A DNA stretch of 64,000 nt from Setoptus koraiensis (taxonomy: Eukaryota; Animalia; Arthropoda): assembly GCA_048013815.1 (NCBI GenBank), contig CM106585.1, forward strand, positions 3,534,001 through 3,598,000. Direction: 5' to 3'. Positions 57,301-64,000 of this stretch are shown piece after piece. Position 1 is the stretch's first letter, and each line of letters begins with the position of its first letter. The position numbers and the translations under genes were made by a program. The notes beneath the pieces were generated by a model. It was not told the DNA's origin. It made no database searches and worked only from the letters and a program-made list of their open reading frames with translations.

Positions 57301-60099
57301 TATTGGCCCTCAGCTCACCTATGCACGTGCTGTGTGGGGCGCGTTTTTTCTCGAACCAACACAACAAGAGTGATTTGTCGCACTAGCCACTCATATCCAG
57401 TTATATAACTATATAAACACGGCACGCACAAACGCTGCGCGCTGGCAAGCTAACGAGCGATTGCAATTTGCAATTGTCGCCAGAGCAAAAAAATAAGCGT
57501 AAAATTCGCTCTGGCGTCTAGACAAACATGACCGAATGAACGATTGCGTGTTTGGCTCGAGGCAACGCGCGCACAATATTTAGCAACAATAACACATACT
57601 GAATCAGTATTGCTGATCGGCCAGGTTCAATTGGCTGGCCCCCCAATATCGTTGCCATATCGGCCCGTTGCCGTGCCGGCCCGTCGGCCTTATGGAGACG
57701 CCTAGCGACGTTCGCGACTCGCCGCTTGCGCCAAACTTAGGCTCGCTTTATACAGCTTTGTTCAGCTGCAAGCTGTTTATATGCGCTTTAACGTGTTGCC
57801 CCGGCTAATTTGGCCCCCGATAAGTTGCTCAATAACAACTCGTTGAGGAGCCAACGATCTGTTCTCAAATGTGAGCGCTAATCTGTGGCGCGATCGCTAT
57901 CACTATTACGTTATTATGTTGCATACATAGACACTTATGTGTCGCATATATGCCCAACTTGCCCTGTTAATACAACAATTACGCAATCAATTTAAGCACC
58001 CACCACACTCTATAAGCAATGCGTGTGTGTCATTTATATATCCGTTTGGCACAACGCATTTGACTCAAATCATTTGAGTCAGCAACTAAGATTGGTGAAT
58101 CAGAAAATATCCGCGCCAACGCTCAATATCCGCACTGGCGCCACCATCATCGCAGGCCCATATCACTGGGCTGTGTAAACATGCCGGTGTATTCATGTGG
58201 GCCAATTGCTGGGGCAGTCACTGTGCATATATGCCGCTAATGACTCGTTAGTAATGAGATTTGCGACACACAATTGCGCAACAATGGGCTCGTTGTTGTT
58301 GTTGTCGTTGTTGTTGCCGTTGTTGTCGCTGTTGTTGTTTGTTGGCCGATTTAGAGCGCAGACTGAAATTGTCAGTCAGCATCAGCCGCCGACATTAGGC
58401 ATTGGGGGCCGCATTAGAGCTCGATAGATATTTTATTTATACTCGTGCGCGCTTATCACGACTCGTGATTTGCGATTGTGTCCTTTGCATTTGCATTTTC
58501 ATTTTCCTTTCTATTTATTTATTTGTTCCCCTGTTCGTTGGCTCGTTCATTTGTTCATTTGTCTGTCTGTCCGTTTGTTTGTTTGTTTGTTCGTTAGTTT
58601 GTTTGTTTGTTTGTGTGACAAACACTCCAGTGACGAGATTCTTTTTGGTGCGCTGCTCTATTGATAATTGCAATAAATGCAAACATGTGAATTAAACTTG
58701 AATCCGTTTTACAATTCGGGCCCAGTTTATCTGCTGCATTTAGCTGGCGACATGTCGCAGCGCCACAATGCCACAGCGCCACAATGCCGCAGCGCCACAG
58801 AGTAAATCAGATGCAACCAATAGAAGCACCAATTAACAGGCCCCTGCTAGCTAGCTCGCCGACCGGCCCACTCACTGAGCAGCTGGTCGACACATAGCTC
58901 AAGTTTGTGGGGCCCCACGGTCGCACATTAACTAAAATTTAGTCGACATACCTCTACTGCTGCGCTGCCAATATCACTACAAGTGGCGGTCGCACAAGCC
59001 AGTGGGGCCCGCATTGGCTGCACACAGTGAGGCCGGTCTAACTAGATCAGAGATCACGTAGCCAGTGCAATGGTGGCAATTGTGCAATCCTTTGTGACAC
59101 TCCGATGGCGCTGTTATATTTATACCACTGATACCAATATTTATATTTATACTCTCGCTCTCTCGCACTCGTGTGTCTGTCTGGCTTGCCCTCGCTCTGG
59201 CTGGCATTGGCCCCAGTTGCCGGGCCCCAGTTGAGCCGGTTCGGGGGCCCCTAAACAACTGTTCGAACAAGCAACCGACAACTGTTTATAATGGCCCCGT
59301 GTGTGTGTGTGTACACCAGCCAGCGACATAAACATATTATGTAACAGTAGTAACGGTTACAAGTGAAATTGCACACATACCATACATGGACATATGAGCA
59401 TTGCCAGTATCAGTAACATGTACGAAAGCATATTATTGATGTAGATGTTTCAAGTGAAATCAAGCGAGAAAACAAAACAAACCAACTCGCCTACTTCAAT
59501 AAGCTGGCTACTTTTGGGGCCGCTGTTGTCGTTGCTGTTGTTTAACTACAACAAACAACAACAACAACAACAATCCCACTCGTTTCTGTATTTCTGGCCT
59601 GCGCCCCAAAATAAATAATCCCCGTTGCAAGCCGCACATATTGTGTGTCGGATATTTTCTGGCAAGATGCAAGAAATTAAATGTTGCTGTTGAATTCTCA
59701 ATTACTCTTCGCTTTACATCTCGCGTGTGTGTTGGCGAGTGCGAACCGTCGAACATAAAATAAAATGCTCCACTGTCAGAATGAAGGGGATATATTACAT
59801 ATTACATATTATTTGAGCTTCACTCACGCGCCCACAATCTGCAAATACAATCTGACTTATCCATCTATGTGTGTGATGGTTGTTGACACCCCGGCTCACA
59901 CTGGCTGCCGAAGCCAATCGGTTGCCACAATAGACAAACTCGGCCAGCACTAGCGGCTACTACTCACAGCACTCAGCAATTGTCAAACTTGGCGCCCAAT
60001 GGCAAGCTCGCAATTGGCAGTTGGCCATTGGTGGCCAATACTGCAATGATGCAACAAACCGGGCCGGGCCGCACCGAAACTGTCCACGGCGTTGCATTT

Positions 60100-60186
60100 G
60101 GTTTCGGTCCGGTTTCGGTCCGGTTTCGGTCCGGTTTCGGCCCGGTTTCGGTCCGGTTTCGGCCCGGTTTCGGCCCGGTTTCGGCC
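60100..60186. repeat. 11-mer array GGTTTCGG(T/C)CC x~8
   Basis: Read directly. Confidence 0.9.
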
Positions 60187-63100
60187 GGGAGCGAAAGTCG
60201 ACGGTCATGTTCGTTGAGCTGACGCCGGGCGCGCGAAATACCCGATAAGCGCGACTCACGCCTATCGGATATTTCGTTGCAGCTAATGAAATCGCGAGCT
60301 GCAACAGCCAGCTTCATATATATTTATATTATGCGAGAATGCAATGCGGCCCCCAGACAGAACGGGCTCGTAACATGAGTAGCCTGATTGAATGGCAGCC
60401 AGTGTACATACAGCGGGCTGGCATACTCAGTGTAGCCGCTTAAAATTAATGATACCTAATCGATGAGCGAAAGCGCCCAAAGTTTGCCCGATAATTGGCG
60501 CTGAATTTCGCTGGCTGGAAAAAGCAGCTACATCCGGTTGAGCGAGCTGGTCAAGCGAACCACCGCAGCCGGAATACTTGAACCAGTGGGCAGCAGCAAC
60601 AGAATTAAAAGAATAAATTGATAGTGAGCCAATGACTATCATTTATTCAGTTGATGTCGACGCAAATGGCTGTTGGTTTGCCTATCACACCGGCCTATCA
60701 CACATGCTCGTGTTAGTATTGCGCCCGCTGCGTAGCCAAATTGAGCTAGGTAATTGTCAAGCTTTTGAGCTTTAATTTACAGCGGGCTGGCTCACTTGAA
60801 ATTAAACGTCAAAATGTCGCCCGTGTGCCAACCTGTGTGTCAGCTGTAGCTCAGGCGACAGCTGACCAGCCAGCTGACAGCGCTGTCAGCGGTGTATTTG
60901 ACAGCTCAATGCTACCTGTGAGTGGTCTGTTGTCTTGTCCGTTTGACAGCTACTAACTGTCACCAGTGTAAAGGCAATTGTCGATAGCGCACACTTTGCT
61001 TTGTTAGCGTTTGTGTGTGGCTAGCTACACGGGCATTTTTACCGGCTAGCACTGCACGCCAGCAATCAATTTGGCGATTGTTTGCTTTTGGTCGGTCGTG
61101 TGAGTATTGCACCGGTGAGTGTTGCACAGGTGAGTGTTGCACCGTTGAGTGTCGCACCAGCATCATTGAGTGTTACATAACTTATGTTGTGTAACAGCTC
61201 AGCTGCTGAGCCACTTATGCTGCACCGCCACTGACAATAGACACCTATGCGCCTCATTGTGTTTATTGAGTTTGAGCTTATTGAGTTGCCGGCTTGATTG
61301 CCGGCGGATCAAGCGTGCGGATATTCGATAGTTGATAGCATAATAATGACCCATTGTCGCCCCATGTCCCTATGCATGTTTGGTGCCGCAAGTGGCGCCC
61401 GCTGATTGAAATGCACAAACTAACTACTTTATTATTACTGACCAACCAACTCGCCAGCTAATCTATGCTACGTTGTGCATTAGTTTAATGAGCATCCTTG
61501 ATTGATCTGTGCCCGTAGTGCCCGCCGATCTAGGCCCGTAGTCTAGATCAGCTAATAGCCTTGATCATGCTAATAATGTCACCACGTAACGACATACACG
61601 AGGTGCATTTATAACTTTATCCTATCCGCTGATATGTTGCGCAACAGTAATAGCGATACTGGCGATTGATCTTTTATTTCAAAGTGAGTTGCAGCTACTG
61701 GCAACTTTGTCACACTGTCACACTGCCAGACAAGCTCACAAAACTTTTGTGAGCTCGCCAGCCTCGCTTGCCAACTAATAGCCACACTGTCTGACAGTCT
61801 GGGATAAGTAGACTTTAGATTGATTCTTCTAATCATCGTCAGACCCAATTTCAGCAATTTTACTCTATGCGCAGGCTTGTACTAATGGCTAATTTGGTTC
61901 CTCTACTCTCATCGACACACTGACATCAATTACAAGAATAGTAACAATTACAGCTGCTAGCAAACCCACAAAAAGGCACCCACACTAAACACTGGCAAGA
62001 AATATACATATACCCACGGTATACCCAGGGCCCAGTACTTGTTACTGACAAGTTCCGGGCATGGCAAGTGTATCGTAAGTACACACTATGCCAGCCCAGC
62101 AATATTCACACGAATTCTGCTGGATCAATCTGGATCAGTGGTCTCATTATTGGGCCCGTTGTGGATATCCGTGAATATCCAGTGATACGTCGATTATGAG
62201 ATAAAACCAACTCATGTCATCGACCAAAAGTTTTTTCTCTGCGGGTTGCATCTGTGCATTGTGTTGGTAAATAAACGCATTTGCACTGTGTTCAATGAGC
62301 GTATCCATAGATAAATATGTAATATGAGCACCGTGTTCATCCGGTGTATGCGCTAATTGTGAACATTTGCTGATCATATGGAGCTACTGTCACTCTAAAA
62401 CACATTAGTACACGTTATATACGATCGTATAAATAAACAAGTTGCATCAAAACTCTTGGCGAGTTAACATTTTGTTAGCTGAACTGCATGTGTTAACACC
62501 GTGGATATCCACCGATAATTCCATTTGTATTTAGTCTGAATATGGATCATCCATAATGGATGCTCCGAATTGGATATCCGCGCGCTTCTATCTATCTTGC
62601 AATTTGCAAGCAGCAGTACAGGGCAATGTAGCGCCGGTTGGTGAAAAAGCAGCGAAACGAACAAGCGTTATGTGCAGCCTCTTTTTCGTTTGTTTCGTTT
62701 GGTTTTTGTTTGTTGAGCGAGCAAAAATAGTATAAATGAACAGCGTCCGACACGAGACCGATTGTTGGGCAAACAGGCCAAAAGAATGGATTAGAAGGGT
62801 ATTAAAAGTGGCTCACAACATTCTCTGGCAGCGTAACAAATCGACATGTGTTTTATTTATTACATAATGTTATGTATCATCCATCGTGTGTGTGTGTGTG
62901 TATCATTTCAGGTAACATGCTATCTGCGCACTTTGGGTAACTGGTTGGCGATGACCCCAATCTAAAAACAACAGCATAAATCTTGTTAATCTAGCGCCAG
63001 TTGGCACAGTTCACACTTACGCTGGTGCACTCACACTGGCACTGGCATTCATAGAGGCGAATAGTTAGCAGTGATGTAACATGAAATATATATTCTCATT

Positions 63101-64000
63101 GTGGGCTGACACTGTCAGGTCAACCTGAATGTTCAATCTGAATGTGTGAATCTAGATAAGCGACCATTAGATGTGCTCGCGATTGGCGAGACAAAGAGCG
63201 CAGAGAGAGAGACAAAAGCAGCCAGCGAGAGTTTTATACATGTGTGAGAGGGAGCCACTGTGACAAAAAGAGAATGGGCCAGATATCAAGATGAGATAAG
63301 ATTATTATAATTTGAACCTTATCTCGTCTTACACACGCACAGGCACACGATGCAAGCGCGAACAAACAGGTGAACTTGCTATTTATAACGGTAAGTCACT
63401 ATATAATATGTTATGATAAATGGGGCCACATACACAATTGTGCAGGTATATGTAGGCATGTAAGTGTGTGTGTGTTTTTGGAGTCACTCTCTATGCAAAT
63501 GAAGCTCGAGCTATAAAATGAAAAGTTGCAATGTCGCCTCGAGAGAGCTAAGCACTCACACAGCCTGACTGCGACAGCCAGACAACAGTTACAACTTGTC
63601 AGATTAGCTATACTTATACACAATTTCCGTCTTCAAAGTATCGGTGCAATTCCTTTGGGTTGCGATCGGTCCACTTATCAGGCGGCTCACATCAGCACCA
63701 AAGAAAACCTGTTATAGTGCTACGCTGCTAGAGAACCTACATTTGTATTCAGCACATCACAACATTATCACGTGTGAGATATGTCTCATTTTGCCAATAT
63801 TCTCTCACAAGTGACACAGATAAAATTAGTCAAATTACGAAGCCCAAATTTGTGTGTCATAGGCGCCAGGCAATTGGACAATTTAGGCCCTATTGGCAGG
63901 TGAATTTTTTGCAACGCTTTCAATGATGAAAATTTAAAAGCAGCGAAAAACAGCAACTGTCTGTGTCGTGTCGTTTTTGGCCATGTTATGCAGTCGATTG

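Noticed and set aside
55038-60186. Regular arrays (7-mer, 11-mer, 21-mer) as possible CRISPR arrays
   Set aside because: Head-to-tail repeats without unique spacers, eukaryotic context, no cas genes.

Overview
Eukaryotic (arthropod, probably mite/chelicerate; inference) genomic DNA, AT-rich and microsatellite-rich. Two minus-strand protein-coding genes can be rebuilt by hand with frame-consistent splice sites. (1) A complete cacophony/Cav2 voltage-gated calcium channel alpha-1 gene: ATG 38240, stop 5089, 16 coding exons per transcript, 7716 nt, about 2571 aa, EEEE selectivity filter, AID, EF-hand/IQ-like region, C-terminal DDWC. Its two first exons are 11.3 kb and 3.7 kb upstream of the next coding exon. 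It also has a pair of equal-length (92 nt) mutually exclusive exons for the domain IV S5-P extracellular loop; one ends in a GC donor and the other adds an N-glycosylation sequon. (2) A five-exon secreted protein of 159 aa with two thyroglobulin type-1 domains (3639-2684), almost invisible in the ORF track. I recognise no gene in 38.3-64 kb. That region and cac introns 1-2 carry many short perfect hairpins, short tandem duplications, recurring GGGCCC, ACAGGTG and ATATCCG motifs, a GC-rich island and a perfect (GAGAACT)36 array. I found no rRNA, tRNA, CRISPR array or transposase. All coordinates and counts were derived by eye, and homology statements come from recalled family knowledge, not database searches.
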